NCBI GenBank assembly: GCA_008932965.1
Contig: WBXG01000009.1
Span: 1-32,000 of the forward strand
Length of the DNA: 32,000 bases
Reading direction: 5' to 3'
From: Verrucomicrobiota bacterium
GTDB taxonomy: Bacteria > Verrucomicrobiota > Verrucomicrobiia > Chthoniobacterales > UBA6821
The translations under genes were made by a program, and so were the position numbers. This document shows, one piece after another, positions 17,895 through 26,351 of this stretch. The stretch's first letter is position 1; the number at the start of each line of letters is the position of its first letter. The notes below the pieces were generated by a model. It was not told the origin of the DNA, searched no databases, and was given only the letters and a program-made list of their open reading frames with translations.

Positions 17895-19385
17895 CTAATG
17901 AATGAACTCCTCTTCAAGAGAAACCTTGTTAGTAGCATTCTCTTTACAGAAGCGTACATAGCTTGGAGTAGTAATGAAAAAGTAGAATAGAAGAGCAACG
18001 GAAGCAACGTAGAGTGGTCTTTGATCAAAATAGATCAACCATAGATACATCATGAATGGACCTGTTAAAATTATTAATGTCTTAAGGCTCGTTTTTCTTG
18101 TTAACTGAATGGTTCCATAAATACTCATCACGATAACAAGTGAGAGGTTCATTATTAGGAGATCATGCTTGGGTATAGTCCCTAGAATCATAGAGAGTGG
18201 AATAAATACGCAGGCACCGAAATACCGTAGTTTTGGCTTTAACGCTCCCATGCTTATAGGAGCAGCCATGTAACCGAGAATATAGTATCCAGAAACAATC
18301 AGCATGAGCGTTGCCCAACTTTGAGAATTCCATAAAACAATAGCGACCAAAACCCAGTTAATAAGTAAGGATCGTCTGCAAATATTGTATACAGGATTCA
18401 ATTTTGAGATAGTCCATTTAGGCATTTGTCCTTCAGCTGCCATGGCATAGAACATGCGAGATGAGGCTCCCAGATAGGCATAGCCAGTGCCTGTTGGGCT
18501 AACAAGACTATCTGCTGTTAGAAGTAGGGCTAAGAAGTTGAGGCCTAGGATTAGTGCTAAATTCATCAAAGGCGAATGAAAATTAAGTCCAGCCCAACCT
18601 TGCGATAGAAACACTTTTGGTACAGCACCCATAAATGAAAATTGCAGAGCCATATAGACAAACATGATCAACAAAACAGAACAGATCATCGATAAAGGGA
18701 TGTTTTTTCTTGGATTTTTAACCTCACTAGCAAAAGCAGCTGCCAGTTGAAATCCATTATACGAGTAAATAAGACCTGCTCCTAAAATGGCATTGATCGC
18801 TGAACCAGAGTTGTAGATGGTGTTACTTGCTAGTGAAAAATTGCTTTTGTCAAAGCGTGTAATTAAAAAAAGAGTGATAGCAAAAAGAGGAGTGAAAATT
18901 TTTAGAGCTGTGATTGTATTGTTGACTTTAGAGAGGAGTCGAACTCCATAAAAGTTGACCATCAAATAGAAAAGTAAAATCACCATAGCAAATAATTTTC
19001 CATTATAGGTCAGACCATTATTATTCATCAGTATCTCATTTTTTATATAGGCTGAAAGATACTCGGTGGTTGCCTGTGCTTCAGTTGGTACTGAGATGAT
19101 TAGGCCAAACCAGTTTGCGAATGCAAAGGGCATTCCAAAAATGGCATTGTGTGATAATGAGCTAGAGCGTGTGGTGGCTCCTCTTACTGGATAAATAGCA
19201 ACAACATGAGCTAGGCAGAGTCCTACAGCTAAAACAAGTAAAGCTGCCAAAAACCATGCTAAAAAAGCATAATTACCTGCAAGTCGTGCATTAAGTTGTG
19301 CGCTAAATAGCCATCCAGATCCGATCATGGCAGTAGCACTGATAGCCGTAGCGCTTAGGAGTGATACTTTTCTGTGTCGTTGCAT
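17895..19385 (-). CDS. APC-family amino acid permease
   Basis: 496 aa polytopic protein with an N-terminal AMIGSGWLF motif typical of amino-acid/polyamine/organocation permeases. Confidence 0.75.
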   Translation of the reverse strand: MQRHRKVSLLSATAISATAMIGSGWLFSAQLNARLAGNYAFLAWFLAALLVLAVGLCLAHVVAIYPVRGATTRSSSLSHNAIFGMPFAFANWFGLIISVPTEAQATTEYLSAYIKNEILMNNNGLTYNGKLFAMVILLFYLMVNFYGVRLLSKVNNTITALKIFTPLFAITLFLITRFDKSNFSLASNTIYNSGSAINAILGAGLIYSYNGFQLAAAFASEVKNPRKNIPLSMICSVLLIMFVYMALQFSFMGAVPKVFLSQGWAGLNFHSPLMNLALILGLNFLALLLTADSLVSPTGTGYAYLGASSRMFYAMAAEGQMPKWTISKLNPVYNICRRSLLINWVLVAIVLWNSQSWATLMLIVSGYYILGYMAAPISMGALKPKLRYFGACVFIPLSMILGTIPKHDLLIMNLSLVIVMSIYGTIQLTRKTSLKTLIILTGPFMMYLWLIYFDQRPLYVASVALLFYFFITTPSYVRFCKENATNKVSLEEEFIH

Positions 19386-19513
19386 ACTTTTTACTAGGTT
19401 TGCTAAGACAAGAAATGCTGAACTGTTAGGAAATGAAAAGGAAGACTCTTTTAAAAAAATATTGCCTCATGGAGTTTTGATCATTACCCTCAGACTCCTA
19501 ATTAAAATATGCA

Positions 19514-19665
19514 GTCCTGATATTTTATGCTGATCGTACCATCACTAATTAAGAAGCCATCAGGCAGATTGCTTTGGTAGTATTCAATGAGCGAGAAGAA
19601 TGGAGGCTAGCGAGTCAAACGCGGCATCCATGAAGCTCTCTTTGTGGATAGAGAGAAACTTCGGG
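19514..19665 (-). repeat. MITE-family copy M8 (degenerate, inverted orientation), ending 8 nt from tRNA-Val after TTAA
   Basis: gtcctgatattttatgctgatcgt resembles the terminal repeat. agcgagtcaaacgcggcatccatg matches the reverse complement of the M9 interior. It ends gagaaacttcggg followed by ttaa. Aligned by eye, so low certainty. Confidence 0.55.
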
Positions 19666-19677
19666 TTAATTTTATTT

Positions 19678-19752
19678 GCGCGGTTAGCTCAGCGGTAGAG
19701 CACTACACTGACACTGTAGGGGTCGGCAGTTCGAACCTGCCATCGCGCACCA
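19678..19752 (+). tRNA. tRNA-Val (anticodon GAC), CCA encoded
   Basis: Cloverleaf folded by hand. The acceptor GCGCGGT pairs with ATCGCGC. D arm is GCTC-AGCGGTA-GAGC. The anticodon stem CTACA/TGTAG carries loop CTGACAC (GAC at positions 34-36). T arm is GGCAG-TTCGAAC-CTGCC, with discriminator A and CCA. Confidence 0.9.
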
Positions 19753-19760
19753 TGAAGTTA

Positions 19761-19961
19761 GTGTATTTCACACCGATCTACTGCGGAGACCATGAAATCA
19801 CATGGATGCGGCGTTAGACTCCCATTGTGACTTGGGAAGTATGTACTTATACAGCCGTCGTCAAATTACGTGTCTGCGTTGACTCGCTCACTCCCGACCG
19901 CCGGCGGTGCCCCGTTAGCCTTCGCAGCTCCCTCCTTACGATCAGTATGAAATATCCGGGC
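19761..19961 (+). mobile_element. MITE-like element copy M9 (201 bp), 8 nt downstream of tRNA-Val and overlapping the dnaE 3' end
   Basis: The left end has a small deletion (gtgtatttcacaccgatc). The right end ccttacgatcagtatgaaatatccgggc is intact. It is flanked by TA at 19759-60 and 19962-63. It contains the perfect 12-bp palindrome ACCGCCGGCGGT at 19897-19908. Confidence 0.9.
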
Positions 19962-22900
19962 TAGTGTACAAGAATTTTAGAAGTGCTTTTTTAAGAGAGT
20001 TTTCGTCATCCACACGAAAATGAGCTCCTGTTTTTAATGGAACAATACTTCCGTCAGGATGGACTATTTCTAAAATCAAAGAACGAGTACCATGGTGTTG
20101 TTTTAGAATTGTTCTAATACTTGTGAGGTTTTCTAAATTTAATTTTGTGCGATCGAGTTTGATTTTTAATGGTTTTTTCGAAAGTAGAGGTTGGAGCAGT
20201 TTGAAGTCTGAACCGATGGCTCTTACCATGCCCTCCCGTGGAATAATTTTTAAGACACACGAGACTACTGTTCCTGGCTTTAGAAGCTTTTCGTGTTCGG
20301 TGAAAGCTTCATTCCAGACGGTCATTTCAATGTTGCCGCTATAATCCTCTAGGGCAATAATTCCAAATGCTTTCCCTTCCTTCTTTGTGAACTTTTTTTC
20401 TACCGTAGAAATGATGCCTGCTACTTTTTCTTTGAGTGGTTCTGTTGATTCTTGAAGATGAATAAGTGGAGTCAATTTTTCCTTCTCTAATGTCCCTTCA
20501 TAATCCTCTAGAGGATGACCGGTGACATAGAACCCAAGAAGTTCTTTTTCGTATGAAAGCTGAATAGCTCTAGGCCAAGGTATGGCTTGGGGTTTGGAAT
20601 GAGTGGTGTTTTGTGTTTGCGATGGAGCGAAGGATTCTAAGCTGTCAAAAAGTGAAACCTGTCCCGAGGCTCGATCTCGTTGAATTGAGGCAGCTGAGGC
20701 AATAGCAGGTTCAATAGCTTCAAAGAGTTCAGCTCGATGACGTCCGTCAAAATCAAAAGCACCAGCTTTGACTAAACTCTCAAGGATCTTTTTGTTCACA
20801 CTGCGTGTATCGAGTCGCGAGCAAAAATCCTCGAGTGATTTAAAAGGACCATGTGCTTCACGTTCTGCAATAGCTGAGGCCATGGCAGCAGCACCTACAT
20901 TCTTGACAGCAGCAAGGCCGAATCGAATGCCACGTGCTTTTTTCTCCTCTTCAGGCAAAAAGGTGAGTCCGCTCTTATTGATGTTCGGTGGAAGAATTGT
21001 AATTTCCATGCGAGTGCAGTCGGCCACAAAAGTCGTAATCTTCTCAGTATTGTTGACAGCATTACTGAGGAGTCCAGCCATGAATTCAATAGTATAATTT
21101 GCCTTGAGATAGGCTGTCTGATAGGAAATCAGCGCATAGGCAGCACTGTGGCTTTTGTTAAAACCATATTCCGCAAATTTTTCTAAGAAATCAAAAATGG
21201 CATTTGCCTGCTTCTCTGGAATGTTATTGAGCCGCTTACATCCCTCAACAAAAGTGAGGCGTTCTTTGGCCATCTTTTCTTTATCTTTTTTACCCATGGC
21301 ACGACGTAAGAGGTCTGCCTGGCCAAGGGTGTAACCAGCAAGAATATTAGCCGCTTGTTGCACCTGCTCTTGATACACAATGATTCCGTAAGTTTCGGAG
21401 CAAATTGTTTCTAGTAGCGGTTGAGCATAGCTCATTTTTTTTGTCCCTTTTTTTCGTTCAATATACTCATCAATGAACTGCATTGGGCCTGGACGATAGA
21501 GTGCAATTAGTGCAATGAGGTCTTCAAAACGATCTATTTGAAGACGTTTGGCGACACTCGTCATTCCCCCTGACTCGAGCTGGAAGAGGCCAACGGATTC
21601 GCCTCGATTAAGAAGGGCGAAGGTTACTGGATCATCTATGGGAATATTTTCTAAAGAAAATGTAGGATTCTTTTGATGAATGAGTTTTACAGCATCACTC
21701 ATCACAGTAAGTGTCGTAAGTCCCAAAAAATCCATTTTAAGAAGACCTAAGTCGGTAAGGGGAGCCATGGAATATTGGCTTACGATTCCACCATCATTAC
21801 CTCGAGTCAGCGGAATATAGTCAGAAAGATCCCGGTCGGCGATTACGATTCCAGCTGCATGAACGCCACTATTGCGCGTGATCCCTTCTAAAATAGTTGC
21901 GTAGTTCCAGAGCTGGCTTGTCGATTGTTCTTGTTCTACTGCTATTTTTAAATCTGAATTTTTATCTATTGCACCTGGTTCATGTTTCCCTTTTTTATCA
22001 ACACCATTGAGAGTAATGTTAAGTTCATTAGGGATCATTTTTGCAATACGATCTGCGTCGCTGTAGCTCCACCCTAAAACACGTCCTACATCACGAACAA
22101 CGCTCTTAGCACCCATTGTGCCAAAAGTGATGATTTGGGAAACAGCACGCTCCCCATACTTATTGCGAACATAGTCGATAACTTCACCTCGACGGTTCTG
22201 GCAAAAATCAATATCGATATCGGGAGGGCTAATACGATCCGGGTTGAGGAAACGTTCAAAAATCAATCCATATCGTAGTGGGTCAAGGTCTGTAATCCCA
22301 AGAACATAGGCGACTAGGGATCCAGCTGCAGATCCACGTCCAGGGCCAACAGGAATGCCATGTGTTTTTGCATAATGAATAAAATCCCAAACAATGAGGA
22401 AGTAACTCACAAAGCCAGTTTTTTCTAGAATAGAGAGTTCATAGTCAAGTCGCTGGCGCAGCTCTCCATCCGACTGTATACGATCCCCATAGCGTCGCTG
22501 CATCCCCTCTTCAGAAAGCTCACGTAGAAAGCCTTCTCGAGTTTTTCCTTCAGGTGGTTTGTAATCTGGGTACTTAGAATGTCCAAATTCGATGGTCAGG
22601 TTACAACGCTCAGCAATAGTGAGGGTGTTGCTAATTGCATCAGGACAATCGGCAAAGAGAGCTGCCATTTCCTCACCTGATTTAAAGTAGAGTTCCGGAA
22701 CATAGTGCATCCTTTTTTCATCAGCTACCATAGCCCCTGTACCAATGCAAATCATGACATCGTGGGCTTCATGATGGGCGCGTTCGAGAAAGTGGACATC
22801 ATTAGTGGCGACGAGTCCTAATTCAAATTTTTTGGCAAGTTCGATTAACAAGGGACGATTGTGACGTTGTGCTTCAATCCCATGATCGCTTAATTCAATA

Positions 22901-23427
22901 AAGAAATTTTCTTTTCCAAAAATAGTACGATATTCTTGAGTAAGGGTTGATGCTTTTTCGAAATCTCCGCTAGTTAAAGCAACATTAATTTCTCCTTTTA
23001 AGCATCCACTGAGCGCAATGAGGCCCTCGGCATGCTGGGTAAGGAGTTTTTTATCAACGCGTGGTTTATAGTAGAAACCTTCTAGGTGTGCCGCTGTGCT
23101 CAGCTTAATAAGATTGTGATAGCCTGTATCATTCATGGCTAAGAGAGTCAAATGATAGGCACTCTCTTTTCCATGATTGCCACCCTTTTTTTCATACATC
23201 GATCCTGGAGCTACATAAATTTCGCACCCGATGATTGGCTTGATTCCGGCTTCAGTGGCTTTTTGATAAAATTCAATAGCTCCAAAAAGATTTCCGTGAT
23301 CGGTGAGTGCCACAGCAGGCATATTGCATGCATGAGCCTTAGCAATAAGATCATCAATACGAATGGCCCCATCCAGCATGGAATACTCGCTATGAAGATG
23401 CAGATGAACAAAGGGAACCGTAGACAT
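19942..23427 (-). CDS. dnaE: DNA polymerase III alpha subunit
   Basis: 1161 aa with the PHP domain FVHLHLHSEYSMLDGA, GFVSYFLIVWDFI, PDIDIDF, and the finger/OB regions. The last 6 codons (SPDISY) and the TGA stop lie inside the right terminal repeat of copy M9. Confidence 0.92.
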   Translation of the reverse strand: MSTVPFVHLHLHSEYSMLDGAIRIDDLIAKAHACNMPAVALTDHGNLFGAIEFYQKATEAGIKPIIGCEIYVAPGSMYEKKGGNHGKESAYHLTLLAMNDTGYHNLIKLSTAAHLEGFYYKPRVDKKLLTQHAEGLIALSGCLKGEINVALTSGDFEKASTLTQEYRTIFGKENFFIELSDHGIEAQRHNRPLLIELAKKFELGLVATNDVHFLERAHHEAHDVMICIGTGAMVADEKRMHYVPELYFKSGEEMAALFADCPDAISNTLTIAERCNLTIEFGHSKYPDYKPPEGKTREGFLRELSEEGMQRRYGDRIQSDGELRQRLDYELSILEKTGFVSYFLIVWDFIHYAKTHGIPVGPGRGSAAGSLVAYVLGITDLDPLRYGLIFERFLNPDRISPPDIDIDFCQNRRGEVIDYVRNKYGERAVSQIITFGTMGAKSVVRDVGRVLGWSYSDADRIAKMIPNELNITLNGVDKKGKHEPGAIDKNSDLKIAVEQEQSTSQLWNYATILEGITRNSGVHAAGIVIADRDLSDYIPLTRGNDGGIVSQYSMAPLTDLGLLKMDFLGLTTLTVMSDAVKLIHQKNPTFSLENIPIDDPVTFALLNRGESVGLFQLESGGMTSVAKRLQIDRFEDLIALIALYRPGPMQFIDEYIERKKGTKKMSYAQPLLETICSETYGIIVYQEQVQQAANILAGYTLGQADLLRRAMGKKDKEKMAKERLTFVEGCKRLNNIPEKQANAIFDFLEKFAEYGFNKSHSAAYALISYQTAYLKANYTIEFMAGLLSNAVNNTEKITTFVADCTRMEITILPPNINKSGLTFLPEEEKKARGIRFGLAAVKNVGAAAMASAIAEREAHGPFKSLEDFCSRLDTRSVNKKILESLVKAGAFDFDGRHRAELFEAIEPAIASAASIQRDRASGQVSLFDSLESFAPSQTQNTTHSKPQAIPWPRAIQLSYEKELLGFYVTGHPLEDYEGTLEKEKLTPLIHLQESTEPLKEKVAGIISTVEKKFTKKEGKAFGIIALEDYSGNIEMTVWNEAFTEHEKLLKPGTVVSCVLKIIPREGMVRAIGSDFKLLQPLLSKKPLKIKLDRTKLNLENLTSIRTILKQHHGTRSLILEIVHPDGSIVPLKTGAHFRVDDENSLKKALLKFLYTSPDISY

Positions 23428-23479
23428 TCATTACAGCCTACATTCATGGATCAATAGGGTACAGACAGAAGATTTTTTG

Positions 23480-23496
23480 ACTTTAAATATCCGGGC
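23480..23496 (+). repeat. MITE-family relic M10 (right tip only)
   Basis: aaatatccgggc followed by TA, between the dnaE start and the coaX stop. Too short for certainty. Confidence 0.5.
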
Positions 23497-23521
23497 TAGC
23501 TATTTCGTGCTTATCTTAACA

Positions 23522-24370
23522 TCAACTTGTAATACGACATCCTACTTCCCGCAAACCCTCTAGAGTAAGGGTAGTATTGATATGGTCAAAAAGTTGAGTT
23601 CCTTGCGCAACAAGTTTGGCATCTGTCCCAGTTGCGATCACACATGGTCTTTTATTTTTGAAATTTTCTTTTGTTACCCGTGTTACAACCTCTTGAACTA
23701 GACCACGAGCTCCTAAGAGTAATCCAGAGTGAATAGCCGTGAGGGTGCTTTTTCCTACAGCACGACGAATGGGTGAGGGAAGAGATACTGGCAATAGGGC
23801 TGTCTTTTCATGCAATGCATCAGCTCCTGTTTTGAGTCCTGGAGCAATGATTCCACCTAAGTAGGCACCTTGAGCATTAATGATATCAAAAGTAATAGCT
23901 GTCCCAAAGTCGACCACGATGGCTGGAGTACCATAGAGAGCTGTAGTGGCCACCACATTGGCAAGACGGTCTGCCCCAATAGAAGCGGGATCTGGGTAGT
24001 TTATAGGAATGCCAAGTTGGCTTGTTGCATCAATAGAGAGAAACGGAATACGTTGAGATTTAAAGAACGATGCCAGAAGATGTGTTGCTTTTGGAACAAC
24101 AGAGGAAGCGATAACACGTTCTACTTTCCAATCTCCTAGAGCCAAAGCAAGTGTTGTAGGACTTAACAGCGATGTCGCAATTCGGCGAATAGTTATCAAA
24201 CGCTTTGAAGTTGAGAGAGCCAATTTTGAAGTGGAATTACTAGCATCAATCAAAAGCCATTTTCCATGCTGAAGAGGAGAGGGGTTAATCTTTACTGCCT
24301 CCCCGTCACAATCAGTATGAAATATCCAGGCTAGCTCCTTTTTTTTGCTAGCTCTTTTTTTATCATTCAC
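23522..24370 (-). CDS. coaX: Type III pantothenate kinase
   Basis: LLIDASNSTSKLAL at the usual N-terminal position, VVDFGTAITFD, and GTDA near the C-terminus. The start is ambiguous. GTG 24370 adds a 38-residue extension that reads through repeat fragment M11. TTG 24253 gives the canonical MIDASNS N-terminus. Confidence 0.8.
   Translation of the reverse strand: MNDKKRASKKKELAWIFHTDCDGEAVKINPSPLQHGKWLLIDASNSTSKLALSTSKRLITIRRIATSLLSPTTLALALGDWKVERVIASSVVPKATHLLASFFKSQRIPFLSIDATSQLGIPINYPDPASIGADRLANVVATTALYGTPAIVVDFGTAITFDIINAQGAYLGGIIAPGLKTGADALHEKTALLPVSLPSPIRRAVGKSTLTAIHSGLLLGARGLVQEVVTRVTKENFKNKRPCVIATGTDAKLVAQGTQLFDHINTTLTLEGLREVGCRITS
24298..24331 (+). repeat. MITE-family fragment M11 (solo right end, 34 bp)
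   Basis: cctccccgtcacaatcagtatgaaatatccaggc followed by TA. It lies within the upstream-most part of the coaX ORF. Confidence 0.75.
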
Positions 24371-24385
24371 AGGCTATTAATAATG

Positions 24386-24805
24386 CTACTTAACTGAGGG
24401 ATATTCCCTATCGTTTTTTCTACGAGCTCGATATTCTACAATTGCTTCCTGTGCTATGGGGAGTAAAAGGCGGGCTACTGAAATGAGTCCTAACTGTAAG
24501 GTTTTATCTTTAAGTAAAGAGGCGCCAAGCATAGCAGACTGAGATAAAAAGGAGGTTTTCTTTTGTTTTTCTAATGAAGGAATAAAACTGCGCTCTTGAG
24601 ATTTGAAGGGAGTTGACTTGTGAAGCATCCAAGGAAGAGTGATCCCTGCAAAAAAAAGGGTACTTATCCAAGCCCATGGTTTTTTTTGGATCGAGTGCTC
24701 AAGACGTTTAGCTACGTTCAGGGAATCAGTAAAAGAAGCATAGTCACGAGCAATTTGAACTCTGCTTTGTTGGATCTTGTATTGAAAATTAGAAATTGTT
24801 TGCAT
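24386..24805 (-). CDS. Small membrane protein, YqjK-like (tentative)
   Basis: The internal ATG at 24805 (MQTISNFQYKIQQSRVQIARDY...) overlaps the upstream gene's stop by 17 nt. It has one hydrophobic segment (WAWISTLFFAGITLPWML). The longer track ORF (to 24952) overlaps the upstream gene in another frame. Confidence 0.45.
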   Translation of the reverse strand: MQTISNFQYKIQQSRVQIARDYASFTDSLNVAKRLEHSIQKKPWAWISTLFFAGITLPWMLHKSTPFKSQERSFIPSLEKQKKTSFLSQSAMLGASLLKDKTLQLGLISVARLLLPIAQEAIVEYRARRKNDREYPSVK

Positions 24806-25220
24806 TGCTGGTAGAGGCAGAGGCAAGAGCCTCCAAGTCGTGTTGAATTTCAATCGTGGTTTTCTCAAAAGGCAATGAGGAGCTAGAGTGGTAGCGAAGA
24901 ATAAGTAGAAGAAGCCCAGCGATAACGAGATGGGCAACGGCAATAATTCCAAAAACAGTACTCCAGTTGTACTGAAACTGAGTAACCGCGATAATACTTA
25001 CTGTCGTCAAGAGAGCTAGATAGGCAATCAGAAGAGCTGCTACTATTACAATGAGAAGTAAGAGTAAAGTAATGGTTTTTTTAAAAAGCTCTTGTGCCTC
25101 AAGGGAAGCTAATGAAAAAAGTGCTAAGAGATGCTCTGCAACACCACTGATCAGTCCAAAAAAGCGATCAGGAATACTAGGACTTGAGATTGGTGGTCGA
25201 GGAAAAGAAGATGGAATCAT
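24789..25220 (-). CDS. YqjE-like inner-membrane protein (DUF1469 / holin-X-like family)
   Basis: 143 aa with two long hydrophobic helices flanked by an amphipathic N-terminal region and a C-terminal FEKTTIEIQHDLEAL. This architecture matches the YqjE family. Confidence 0.5.
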   Translation of the reverse strand: MIPSSFPRPPISSPSIPDRFFGLISGVAEHLLALFSLASLEAQELFKKTITLLLLLIVIVAALLIAYLALLTTVSIIAVTQFQYNWSTVFGIIAVAHLVIAGLLLLILRYHSSSSLPFEKTTIEIQHDLEALASASTSNANNF

Positions 25221-25452
25221 ATGAAATGAATCAACGAGGTTGAAAAAAAGAATAAGGAGTCGCTATGAAGATGACAATCATTACTGTTTTTATTTCCTGA
25301 AAATTTTATTCGTTCTCATTATTTCACGTTATAGTGCAATAGATTCAAGTGAGCAGATGATTGGACTCTATTTCCCACTTTTTTTTCACAGGCTTTCTTG
25401 CTGACAGAAAGAAACTCTGTTGATAGTTTTACATTTCGATTATTTTCTTAGT

Positions 25453-26295
25453 ATGACCATTTTTAGACGACCTTCCTTAAAATTCGGAGCCAAGCGCAAG
25501 AGGGAGATACCAGAAGGGCTTTGGAAGAAATGTCCCCAGTGTAGTGAAATGATTCACCATTTAGCGCTCGAGGAAAATCTCAATGTCTGTCCAAAATGTG
25601 AACACCATTTCTCACTTTCAGCCAAAGAGCGTATTTCTACTATTGTGGATGAGGGATCTTTTATAGAAATGGACTCAGAAATGAGTTCTGTTGATCCTCT
25701 GGAATTCCAGGGAGTTGCCGCTTATAAAGAACGTTTAGAAACGTATCAAAAAAAAACAGGGCTCATTGAAGCTGTAAGAACAGGAAATGCAATGATAGGA
25801 GGATATCCAGTGGGACTTGCAGTGATGGATTTTCAATTTTTAGCAGCCTCACTGGGTTCTGTTGTAGGAGAAAAGATTACTCGTATTATTGAAGAATCAA
25901 CAGCAGCTCGGCAACCAATCATTATTATCTCTGCATCAGGAGGAGCCAGGATGTATGAAGGAGCACTTAGTCTTATGCAGATGGCTAAAACCAGTGGAGC
26001 TTTAGCGCGTCATAGTGAAGCACGATTGCCATTTATTTCCATTTTAACCCATCCCACAATGGGAGGGGTAACAGCTAGTTTTGCGGTTCTTGGAGATGTG
26101 ATTTTAGCAGAACCTAAAAGTATGATTGGATTTGCTGGTCCTCGTGTGATTCGTGAAATCGCACATCAAGATTTACCTGAAGGATTTCAAACAGCAGAAT
26201 TTCTTTTAGAACATGGCCTCATCGATGAAATCGTTCCTCGTGCTCAGATGAGGAACATCCTGATTACGATTTTAAGTCTTCTTGTAGAAAAATAA
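25453..26295 (+). CDS. accD: Acetyl-CoA carboxylase carboxyltransferase beta subunit
   Basis: N-terminal Zn-ribbon CPQCSEMIHH...CPKCEHH followed by the carboxyltransferase core GGARMYEG...MGGVTASFA. ATG 25453 is preferred over the track's TTG 25420. Confidence 0.9.
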   Translation: MTIFRRPSLKFGAKRKREIPEGLWKKCPQCSEMIHHLALEENLNVCPKCEHHFSLSAKERISTIVDEGSFIEMDSEMSSVDPLEFQGVAAYKERLETYQKKTGLIEAVRTGNAMIGGYPVGLAVMDFQFLAASLGSVVGEKITRIIEESTAARQPIIIISASGGARMYEGALSLMQMAKTSGALARHSEARLPFISILTHPTMGGVTASFAVLGDVILAEPKSMIGFAGPRVIREIAHQDLPEGFQTAEFLLEHGLIDEIVPRAQMRNILITILSLLVEK

Positions 26296-26351
26296 TCATA
26301 GGTGCATGGTCATGGATCATGAGCTACGAGAGCAGATTCTAAGTTCCTGTC

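Noticed and set aside
19514-19961. tRNA-Val as an attachment site of a genomic island or prophage
   Set aside because: There is no integrase, no direct repeat of the tRNA 3' end and no foreign gene block. The flanking genes are a core permease and dnaE.
20123-23457. Several 60-110 aa track ORFs within dnaE coordinates (e.g. 20123..20344, 20768..21097, 23152..23457)
   Set aside because: They lie antisense or out of frame within a strongly supported 1161-aa DnaE ORF, and have no motifs.
24789-24952. 164-nt overlap of ORFs 24386..24952 and 24789..25220, as a possible frameshifted pseudogene
   Set aside because: An internal ATG at 24805 gives a sensible YqjK-like protein with only a 17-nt overlap. 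This is typical translational coupling, so no frameshift is needed.
25204-25228. atcatatgaaatgaatc near the yqjE-like start, resembling the element core gtatgaaatatcc
   Set aside because: Only a match of about 9 nt (tatgaaat) with no CCGGG tip or subterminal similarity. It contains the gene's own ATG and is judged coincidental.
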